A stretch of DNA of 41,951 nucleotides from Syntrophobacteraceae bacterium (GTDB taxonomy: Bacteria > Desulfobacterota > Syntrophobacteria > Syntrophobacterales > Syntrophobacteraceae), in contig JARKQW010000140.1 in assembly GCA_029974695.1 (NCBI GenBank), positions 1 through 41,951 of the forward strand. Reading direction: 5' to 3'. The notes beneath the pieces were generated by a model. The model saw only the letters and a list, made by a program, of their open reading frames with translations. It made no database searches and was not told the DNA's origin. How positions within the stretch are numbered: the stretch's first letter is position 1; every line of letters begins with the position of its first letter. Shown piece after piece: positions 34,854 through 41,951 of this stretch. Both the position numbers and the translations under genes were made by a program.

Positions 34854-35953
34854 GGTTGTTCTCCAAATTGTTCAACACCCATAAGGATCTTGCTCCCGGG
34901 GACCCTCAGGCATCCTGGAGACCGCTTCCCCGGGCCTTTGCCGACGGTACGTCCCATGGACCGTATGCGGTCCCGGATCTCACCTGCATCGAACGAGGTC
35001 CGACCGGTCCCTGCCTTCTTGGGGTAGATTTCGTACCTGCTGCGGTATGGATGGGGGGTGAGGTTCGGCATGACGACGTTGGCGCCCCGCTCGAGGCCCA
35101 GTTCGTACCCGCGCTCGGGATTCAGGGTCGCCAGGGCGGTCGTGCTGGGAATGTTCGCCTCGGGGCAAAAAATCCTGGACAATGCAATTACCTTGGTCAC
35201 CATGAGCTCCGTCGCGGGGACCTGTTCCCCGTCGGTCCTCGAGAATCGCCGGGGAGAGGTGCCCAGAGGCGTTGCCGGGTGAGGCAGAAACGGACCCACC
35301 CCGATCATATCCAGATCCAACGACCGGAACAACAGGATATCCTCCACCAGGCTGCGGTAACTCTGACCGGGGATTCCGATCATGACGCCGCTGCCGATTT
35401 CATACCCCAGCCCTCGAAGGGACCGGAGAATGGATAGGCGGTCCGAGGGGATCGAGGAAAGGGAAGGGTGGATTCGTCGGTACAGGGCGGCATCGGACGT
35501 CTCGAATCGCAGGAAGTAACGGTCGGCTCCGGCTTCCCTCCACAACGCCAGTTCGCCGTAGGACCGTTCTCCCAGGCTCAAGGTCACGGCCAGGGAGCTT
35601 TCCTTCTTGAGTTCCCGGATTACCGAGGCCACCCAGTCTGCGGAACATCCCGGGTCTTCGCCTCCTTGCAACACCACCGTGCCGAATTGCAGCCTCTGCG
35701 CATGGCGGGCGCTCTCGAGGATCTCCCGGCGGCTCATCCGGTAGCGCTCGATGAGGGAGTTGTCCGCGCGCAACCCGCAGTAGAGGCAACGCCGCCTGCA
35801 GAAGCTCGAGATCTCGATCAATCCCCGCAGGTGGACCTCGTCTCCCACGGTCCGCCTGCGGACGGTGTTCGCCCATTCCCAGAGGGATTCGATCTTGTCC
35901 GGGTCTTCCTCCCGGAGCCATCCGAGCAGTCCGTCGCCGTCCATGGGCTTCAT
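34850..35953 (-). CDS. hydE: [FeFe]-hydrogenase H-cluster radical SAM maturase HydE
   Basis: Lies in ORF 34850..36229. ATG 35953 (MKPMDGDG) overlaps the hydF stop (ATGA). Radical SAM CRRRCLYC. The length of 367 aa and the biotin-synthase-like core are typical of HydE. Confidence 0.85.
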   Translation of the reverse strand: MKPMDGDGLLGWLREEDPDKIESLWEWANTVRRRTVGDEVHLRGLIEISSFCRRRCLYCGLRADNSLIERYRMSRREILESARHAQRLQFGTVVLQGGEDPGCSADWVASVIRELKKESSLAVTLSLGERSYGELALWREAGADRYFLRFETSDAALYRRIHPSLSSIPSDRLSILRSLRGLGYEIGSGVMIGIPGQSYRSLVEDILLFRSLDLDMIGVGPFLPHPATPLGTSPRRFSRTDGEQVPATELMVTKVIALSRIFCPEANIPSTTALATLNPERGYELGLERGANVVMPNLTPHPYRSRYEIYPKKAGTGRTSFDAGEIRDRIRSMGRTVGKGPGKRSPGCLRVPGSKILMGVEQFGEQP

Positions 35954-37185
35954 CGCGGTTCCTTGAGGTCCCGATAGGTCTCCAGTGCGGCCGGAAAAGG
36001 CTCCAGCGCCCGCTCCAGGATCCCCAGACTGTAGGCGATCACGACCCCGTAATTGGTGATGGGAACCCCGGCCTGTCGGCAACGAAGGATCCGGCCGAGC
36101 ATCTCCCTGCGATTCCACATGCAGGCCCCGCAATGAATCACCAGCCGGTAGGGAGAAAGATCTTCGGGGAAGTCGTGTCCCTGAACGTGCCGGAACTTCA
36201 GCCGGGAGCCCACATGTCGGGTGAGCCACTGGGGGATTTTGATCCGCCCGATGTCCTCCCCGATGGGATGATGACTGCAGGCCTCGGCAACGAGGACCTG
36301 GTCCCCGTTCCTGAGTTCTTCCACAGCCATGGCTCCCCGGACCTGGGTGATGAGGTCCCCCTTGAATCGAGCGAAAAGAATCGAGAAGCTGGTCAAAGGG
36401 ATCCCCGGAGGCACCACGGCGGCCACCTCTCGGAAAGCCTGGGAGTCGGTGATCACCAGTCGCGGCGGGTTCCTCAGCTGTTGAAGGGCCTTTCGCAGTT
36501 CCCGATCCTTCACCATCATGCAGTAGGCATCGCTGTCCAGCAGGTCTCGAATGGTCTGGACCTGGGGCAAAATGAGCCGTCCCTTGGGGGCTTCCTTGTC
36601 AATGGGAACCACCAGGACCGCGAGTTCTCCCGCTCCCACCAGGTCGCCCGCAATGGCGGGGTTGTCGATGAGCTCGGCCGGGGCCTGGTCCAAGAGAGCC
36701 CGGCGCAGCGCCCCCAGCCCCTCTCCGGTCAACGCGCTCACCCGCACCACGGGAATATCGGGCGGCAAGGAGGCTGAAAGGGAGTTCGAGTTCCCCGGAC
36801 TGAGGTCGCACTTATTGACGACGATTACCCCGGGGATCTTCCGGGATTGCAATTCTTGCACCACGAGCTCTTCGAAGGTTGTCCAGGTGCCCGCTTCGGT
36901 CACGAGGACTCCCAGGTCGGTCCGGTCGAAGACCTGGCGCGTCTTGCGGGTGCGCAGGTCCCCCAGGGCCCCCTCGTCGTCCAGGCCCGCCGTGTCGATG
37001 AAGAGCACCGGCCCCAGGGGGAGCAGTTCCATGGGCTTTTCCACCGGGTCGGTGGTGGTGCCCGCCACCTCCGATACGATGGCGACCTGCTGGCGTGTGA
37101 TCGCATTGAGCAGGCTCGATTTGCCCACGTTGCGCCGCCCGAACAACCCGATGTGGATGCGCATGCTCTTGGGTGTCTTCTGCAT
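35950..37185 (-). CDS. hydF: [FeFe]-hydrogenase maturation GTPase HydF
   Basis: ATG 37185 (MQKTPKSMRIHIGLFG). G1 GRRNVGKSS, G3 DTAG, G4 NKCD. C-terminal FeS motif CSHHP...HCGAC. Length 411 aa. Confidence 0.85.
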   Translation of the reverse strand: MQKTPKSMRIHIGLFGRRNVGKSSLLNAITRQQVAIVSEVAGTTTDPVEKPMELLPLGPVLFIDTAGLDDEGALGDLRTRKTRQVFDRTDLGVLVTEAGTWTTFEELVVQELQSRKIPGVIVVNKCDLSPGNSNSLSASLPPDIPVVRVSALTGEGLGALRRALLDQAPAELIDNPAIAGDLVGAGELAVLVVPIDKEAPKGRLILPQVQTIRDLLDSDAYCMMVKDRELRKALQQLRNPPRLVITDSQAFREVAAVVPPGIPLTSFSILFARFKGDLITQVRGAMAVEELRNGDQVLVAEACSHHPIGEDIGRIKIPQWLTRHVGSRLKFRHVQGHDFPEDLSPYRLVIHCGACMWNRREMLGRILRCRQAGVPITNYGVVIAYSLGILERALEPFPAALETYRDLKEPR

Positions 37186-37364
37186 GAAATCCCCGTCCTG
37201 CGGTTCTTGTTCGCCGGATGCCCTCGGCATTTGGCCGTCGGCAAGGAGGGATGGGTTCAAGGTCCCATCCGGGTTTTGCGGTGGGGCCCCCGAAACGGCA
37301 CACGCCCTCGGGGGCGGATGAACCCTTCGAACCGTGTCGAGAGAATCCGGCGGGATCCGCGCCG

Positions 37365-38789
37365 TCAAATGTAGACGTCCCGATGGCCCTTGCGAACCCG
37401 ATCCAGCATTTTTGCGGCCGTTTTCCCGTGCCGGTCGTCCATGCGGTCCAGATGGGTCCGGATGAGCTTCTCGCCTGCGGCCAGGGTTTCCGGGGAGGCA
37501 TAGTCCAGCAGGTACTCGAGAAACGTCGACAGGGCGTTGGGATCGCACCGGTGCTTGATGTCCCCGGGCTTGGCCAGCTCCATGAAATCCGCCCCCGTTC
37601 GCCCCAGGCGATAACAGGCGGTGCAGAAGGAAGGAATGTAGCCCATGGCGGACAGGTCGGCAACGACCTCGTCCAAGGAACGATGGTCCCCCAACTGGAA
37701 CTGGGCGTCCTCCTCATGAATCCCGTCGGAATATCCCCCGGGGTTGGTGCGGCTCCCGGCGGAGATTTGGGAGACTCCCAGGGCGAAGGTGTTTCTCCGG
37801 ATTTCCGGCGTCTCCCGCGTGGACATGATCATGCCCGTGTAGGGCACTGCCAGGCGGAGAATGGCCACGAGCTTTTCGAAATCCCGGTCGCTCACGGGAT
37901 GCGGGGGATTGTCGGCGATTTCGGAACCCGCGGCGGGCTCCATGCGGGGAACACTGATGGTATGGCACCCCACCCCGAACGTGCGCTCCAGGTGTTGAAT
38001 GTGCTGCAGGAGGGCCAGGACCTCGAAGCGCCAGTCGTAAAGCCCGAAGAGCACCCCCATTCCCACGTCGTCGATTCCGGCTTCCATGGCGCGGTCAAAG
38101 GCCGTGATGCGCCATTCGTACTCCCGCTTGCGCCCCTTCGGGTGCATCCGTGCGTAGGTTTCCCGGTGATAGGTTTCCTGGAACAGCTGATAGGTCCCGA
38201 TTCCCGCGGCCTTGAGCTCCCGGAACTCTTCGAGGGTGCAGGGGGCCAGGTTCACGTTGACCCTGCGGATCTCTCCCCGGTGAACCCGGGTCTTGTAGAC
38301 CGTGGCAATGGAGTTGAGAATGTAGGAAAACCCCTCGGCAGGATAGCCTTCCCCCGCCACGAGCAGGAGTCGCTTGTGGCCCTGCCCCACCAGGATTTCC
38401 ACTTCCCGGGCGATTTCTTCCTGGGAGAGGGCTCGGCGGCGGATGTCCCGATTGCCGGCCCGGAAGGCGCAATAGAGGCATTCGTTATGACAGTAGTTGG
38501 AAATGTAAAGGGGAGCAAACAAAACGATGCGGGGGCCGTAGACGGCTTCCTAGACGGATCTTGCCGTGGAGAAGAGCTCCCCGATCAGCTCGGGGTCCCG
38601 GACGGACATCAGGGCGGCCACTTCCTCGGGGTCGAGCCCTTTCAGTTCCGTTGCCCGGGCAAGAATCTCGCGAACCCGCACGGGATCGTCCCCGGGATGC
38701 GGCCCCTCGAGAGCGGCCGCAACGGTAGATTCATTCACGAAAGAGCTGCTTGTGTTCGATCGAACCATAACCTTCACCCGAGCGGTCAC
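37365..38789 (-). pseudogene. hydG: HydG radical SAM maturase interrupted by one in-frame TAG (38552..38550)
   Basis: Track ORFs 38550..38789 and 37365..38522 are in the same frame. Read-through gives ...ELFSTARSV*EAVYGPRIVLFAPLYISNYCHNECLYC. Radical SAM CHNECLYC. The C-terminal CTAC-x22-C auxiliary cluster motif is intact. Total 474 codons, the normal HydG size. Confidence 0.8.
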
Positions 38790-38862
38790 ACGTCAATTGT
38801 GACAGCGATCGCAAGCAAGAACTGAAGAACCACCGGGACGGGGAACCGAGTCAATCGCTGTG

Positions 38863-38890
38863 ATTTTATTCCCTTTGACAATTCTTTCAA
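38863..38890 (-). promoter_or_regulatory. Candidate sigma70-type promoter for hydG
   Basis: Minus strand: TTGAAA (38890..38885), 16-nt spacer, TAAAAT (38868..38863), about 70 nt upstream of the hydG start. Confidence 0.3.
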
Positions 38891-39026
38891 GACGTTCCTG
38901 CGGAAAAAGCGGTGTCGCATTCGCTCCCCATGCCCCATGAAATTCTCGAAAAGGTATGGTAGGTATAGGGGTGCGCACGCGGGCCTTGTCGGTGCCGTCC
39001 AACAACCCCGGGGGACGATTGCTTCC

Positions 39027-39536
39027 ATGAAGACGATGCAAAGTGGGCTCATCCGTTGGCGGACGATCTTGAGGTCGGCAGGATTCGCCCTTCTGCTCAC
39101 CGGGATCGCTCCCCTCTTTTCCGGTCCCGCCTGGGCCATCCAGTCCCATCCCGCCCCCGAGGGGCTTTATGCCCATCAGCTGGCTCATTTTCTCTTCATC
39201 GTGGCCATGGCCCTTCTTTCCTACTGGCTGCAGGTGAATCACTTCACGGTCCAAAGAGGTTGGCGCCTCATTCAGGTCTCCTGCCTCCTGTTTCTTGTCT
39301 GGAACGGGGTGGCGATCCTGGGCCATTGGTCGGAGGAAATGCTTCCTGCCGGGGTTCTGTTGGGGAATTCCGACTGGGGCCAACGGATCCTCTTCCAGGG
39401 AAACCCCGCGGCCTACCTCTACTTTGTCCTCAAGATGGACCACCTGGTTTGTGTGCCCGCCATGGCTTGCCTGCTCCTGGGAATTCGCAGCCTCTACCGG
39501 GAGGCCCTCAAAGAGCGGGGACCCTCCCATGGTTGA
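39027..39536 (+). CDS. Hypothetical integral membrane protein
   Basis: Lies in ORF 38937..39536. ATG 39027 (MKTMQSGLIRW). About 4 hydrophobic helices. Its 3' end overlaps the kinase start by 8 nt. Confidence 0.6.
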   Translation: MKTMQSGLIRWRTILRSAGFALLLTGIAPLFSGPAWAIQSHPAPEGLYAHQLAHFLFIVAMALLSYWLQVNHFTVQRGWRLIQVSCLLFLVWNGVAILGHWSEEMLPAGVLLGNSDWGQRILFQGNPAAYLYFVLKMDHLVCVPAMACLLLGIRSLYREALKERGPSHG

Positions 39537-41079
39537 TTCCTGGTCCATGGCCCCCGTCTGGTTTACCGACGTGGGGGGGTCGGCCCTCATGATCCTTTTG
39601 TCCCTGGGAGCCGTGGTGTATGCCGTTCGCCTGGTCAGGGTGCAGCCTTCCAATGTCCTTTGGACCTATCTCCTCTGGCTCACCGCGGCCCTCTGCGGTT
39701 TTGCCCTGTCCCGGGGAGTGGGGCACATCGCCAAGAGACTCCTATTGCTCATGGAGATGCCGGATATCTGGGCGGTATTGAAGCCCTACAGCGGCTCCTT
39801 CAATACCCTCGCCTTCGCGGTGGTGGCCGCCATTACGTTCTTTTTCCAGCGGGTGCACCGGATCCACACGGAGATCCTTCGGGACCAGGAGGCCCTGGAA
39901 CGGGCTTCAGCCGAAGTGATGCGCCTCAACCTCGGCCTGGAATCCCTGGTCGAGCAGCGGACTCACGAACTGAGCCGATCCGAGAGGAGATATCGCCGCA
40001 TTTTTGAAGGTTCCATGGACATGATTTTCGTCCTGGACGCAGAGGCCCGCTTCGTGGACATCAACGGCGCAGGGGTCGAAGCCCTGGGGTATTCGTCTCC
40101 CGAAGAAGTGGTGGGAAAGGTTTCCTTCGAACAGGTCTTTGCCTGCCGTGCCCAGTACGGGGAACTCATGGGCGATCTTTCGTCCCGGGGGTACGTCCAG
40201 GCCCGGGAGTGCACCCTGGTTGCCCGGGACGGCTCCGAACGGTTCATCCTTCTCAGCGCCACCGTGCGGAAGGACGACCGGGGCCGTGTCCAGAGCTTCG
40301 AGGGCATCGCCAAGGACGTGACCGCCCGGGTCCACATGCAGCGGCAGCTCCAGCAGGCAGACAAGCTGGCTTCCCTGGGACAGATTTCCACGGGAATCGC
40401 CCATGAAATCAACAACCCCCTGGGAATCATGTTGGGCTACACCCAGCTGCTCCTTCGAGACATGCAGCAGGGGAGCCAGCTCCACGACGATCTCAAGACC
40501 ATCGAAAAACACGCCCGCAACTGCAAGGTTGTGGTGGAAGATCTGCTCAAGTTCGCCCGGGGCACCCGAACCCGCCGCACATCGGTCAATGTCGGCCAGT
40601 GCCTGCGCGAGGTGTTGTCGCTGCTGGCACACCAGTTCGAACTGGACAACATCCGGATTCAAACGGAGATCCGGGAGGATTTGCCGGAGCTCCGAGCCGA
40701 TGGGGAGAAGCTCAAACAGGTCTTCATGAACCTCCTTATGAACGCCAAGCAGGCCATTTCCCAATCGGGCACCATCACCGTCCGGACCCGGCCGGACCCG
40801 CGGGAGGACGCCCTCCTGGTTTCCATTTCCGATGACGGTTGCGGCATTTCTCCCGAGAACCTGTTCAAGATCTTCGACCCGTTCTTCACCACCAAACCCG
40901 TGGGGGAAGGGACCGGCCTGGGACTTTCGGTGAGCTACGGAATCATTCAGGACCACCAGGGGCGTATCGACGTCTCGAGTCGCCCCGGCAGGGGAAGCAC
41001 CTTCACCGTGGTCCTCCCGGTGAGCCCCCCCGCGAACGAATCCCCCGGCTCCTCTCCCGTGGAAAGAAGACAACCATGA
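39529..41079 (+). CDS. Membrane-bound PAS sensor histidine kinase
   Basis: Lies in ORF 39295..41079, start ATG 39529. About 4 TM segments, a coiled coil and a PAS domain (RRYRRIFEGSMDMIFVLD). H-box ISTGIAHEINNPL, N-box MNLLMNAKQA, G-boxes DDGCGI and GTGLGLS. Confidence 0.9.
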   Translation: MVDSWSMAPVWFTDVGGSALMILLSLGAVVYAVRLVRVQPSNVLWTYLLWLTAALCGFALSRGVGHIAKRLLLLMEMPDIWAVLKPYSGSFNTLAFAVVAAITFFFQRVHRIHTEILRDQEALERASAEVMRLNLGLESLVEQRTHELSRSERRYRRIFEGSMDMIFVLDAEARFVDINGAGVEALGYSSPEEVVGKVSFEQVFACRAQYGELMGDLSSRGYVQARECTLVARDGSERFILLSATVRKDDRGRVQSFEGIAKDVTARVHMQRQLQQADKLASLGQISTGIAHEINNPLGIMLGYTQLLLRDMQQGSQLHDDLKTIEKHARNCKVVVEDLLKFARGTRTRRTSVNVGQCLREVLSLLAHQFELDNIRIQTEIREDLPELRADGEKLKQVFMNLLMNAKQAISQSGTITVRTRPDPREDALLVSISDDGCGISPENLFKIFDPFFTTKPVGEGTGLGLSVSYGIIQDHQGRIDVSSRPGRGSTFTVVLPVSPPANESPGSSPVERRQP

Positions 41080-41951
41080 AGGACCCCTCCATGTCCCTGC
41101 CTTCTTCGGCAACGCCGCCCGGGCCCCCGGACCCCGATTCCGACCGGGACGACCCGAAGCCCGTATCCAGGCTCCTCATCGTCGACGACGAGGAAGACAT
41201 GCTCCGGCTGCTCAAGCGCAGTCTTCCGCCGGACCTGGCCTGCGAGGTGGAAACGGCCTCCAATGCCCTCCGTGCCTTCGAAGTGCTCGAGGCCGCACCC
41301 TTCGATGTCGTCCTGGCCGACATACGCATGCCCGGCATGGACGGCATGGAATTCCTGGAGCGCCTTCAAAAAGAGCACGGCGAAATCACCGTCGTGATGA
41401 TGACCGCCTACGGAACCATCGATCTTGCCGTTCAGGCCATCAAGAGCGGGGCCTATGATTTCATCACCAAGCCTTTCGAACATGAAAAGCTGGTTCACCT
41501 GCTGGAAAGGGCCTTGGAACGAAGCCGGCTGGTTCACGAAAACCTGCGCCTCCAAAGACGGCTTCGGGATCACGAGAGCTTCCAGGAGATCATCGGTGCC
41601 GGGTCCCGGATGCAGAAGGTCTTCGAAATGGTTCGCCTGGTCAGCAAAACGGACGTCACGGTGCTCATCACGGGGGAGTCGGGTACCGGAAAAGACATGG
41701 CGGCCCGAGCGATTCACCGGCTGAGCCATCGGAGCGCCGGGGCGTTTGTGACCATCAACTGCCCCAACCTTCCCGAGAATATCCTCGAGAGCGAACTCTT
41801 CGGATACCGGAAAGGCGCCTTCACTCATGCCACCCAGGACAAGAAGGGTCTTTTTCTCGAGGCCCAGGGAGGCACGATTCACCTGGACGAAATCGGGGAC
41901 ATTTCCCTCACCCTCCAGAGCAAGCTCCTGCGAGTCCTCCAGGAAAAAGAA
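41076..41951 (+). CDS. Sigma54-dependent (NtrC-family) response regulator; 3' end cut by window
   Basis: Not in the ORF track because it has no stop in the window. ATG 41076 overlaps the kinase stop (ATGA). Receiver domain LLIVDDEEDM...DVVLADIRMPGMDG...TAYG. AAA+ domain Walker A GESGTGKD, ESELFGYRKGAFTHA, Walker B IHLDEIGD. Confidence 0.9.
   Translation, partial: MKDPSMSLPSSATPPGPPDPDSDRDDPKPVSRLLIVDDEEDMLRLLKRSLPPDLACEVETASNALRAFEVLEAAPFDVVLADIRMPGMDGMEFLERLQKEHGEITVVMMTAYGTIDLAVQAIKSGAYDFITKPFEHEKLVHLLERALERSRLVHENLRLQRRLRDHESFQEIIGAGSRMQKVFEMVRLVSKTDVTVLITGESGTGKDMAARAIHRLSHRSAGAFVTINCPNLPENILESELFGYRKGAFTHATQDKKGLFLEAQGGTIHLDEIGDISLTLQSKLLRVLQEKE

Noticed and set aside
38875-38903. Plus-strand sigma70 promoter using the perfect TTGACA at 38875..38880 for the membrane-protein/kinase operon
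   Set aside because: No acceptable -10 hexamer follows at 16-18 nt (CTGCGG or TGCGGA). The minus-strand TTGAAA/TAAAAT pair in the same region fits better.

Overview
High-GC (about 60% by eye) segment from a Gram-negative bacterium, probably an anaerobic Desulfobacterota-like organism; the taxon is an inference from gene content only. Many long listed ORFs are antisense 'shadow' ORFs, and two real genes are missing from the track because they run off the window edges.

Left edge (minus strand): an SNF2 helicase is translationally coupled to an N6-adenine DNA methyltransferase of more than 1080 aa that is open to position 1. The pair looks like DISARM class 1 drmD/drmMI. It is followed by a less GC-rich junction zone with REP-type hairpins, a tRNA-fMet-like 3' fragment and dispersed repeats.

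Middle: an exported beta-helix protein, an NTF2-like protein, a TonB-dependent receptor with a Peripla_BP_2/FecCD/ATPase uptake operon, and an SDR-DUF2867 protein.

Standout: a 1548-aa ORF (19052..23698, +). It combines a coiled-coil N-terminus, a bilobed hydrophobic segment, a large unrecognised beta-rich region, a complete FYVE zinc finger, a disordered linker and a C-terminal OTU cysteine-protease domain. This is a eukaryote-like architecture that I do not recognise as described in bacteria.

Right part: an MFS transporter, an orphan LivK-like binding protein, small exported proteins and lipoproteins, a SAM methyltransferase and a PNPOx-like protein. Then comes a minus-strand operon: hydG (with an in-frame TAG), hydF, hydE, a [2Fe-2S] ferredoxin, a sensory [FeFe]-hydrogenase (HydS-type) and a PP2C phosphatase. 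Divergent from it are a membrane protein, a PAS histidine kinase and a sigma54-dependent response regulator that is cut by the window end.

No CRISPR array, rRNA, intact tRNA or transposase was seen.
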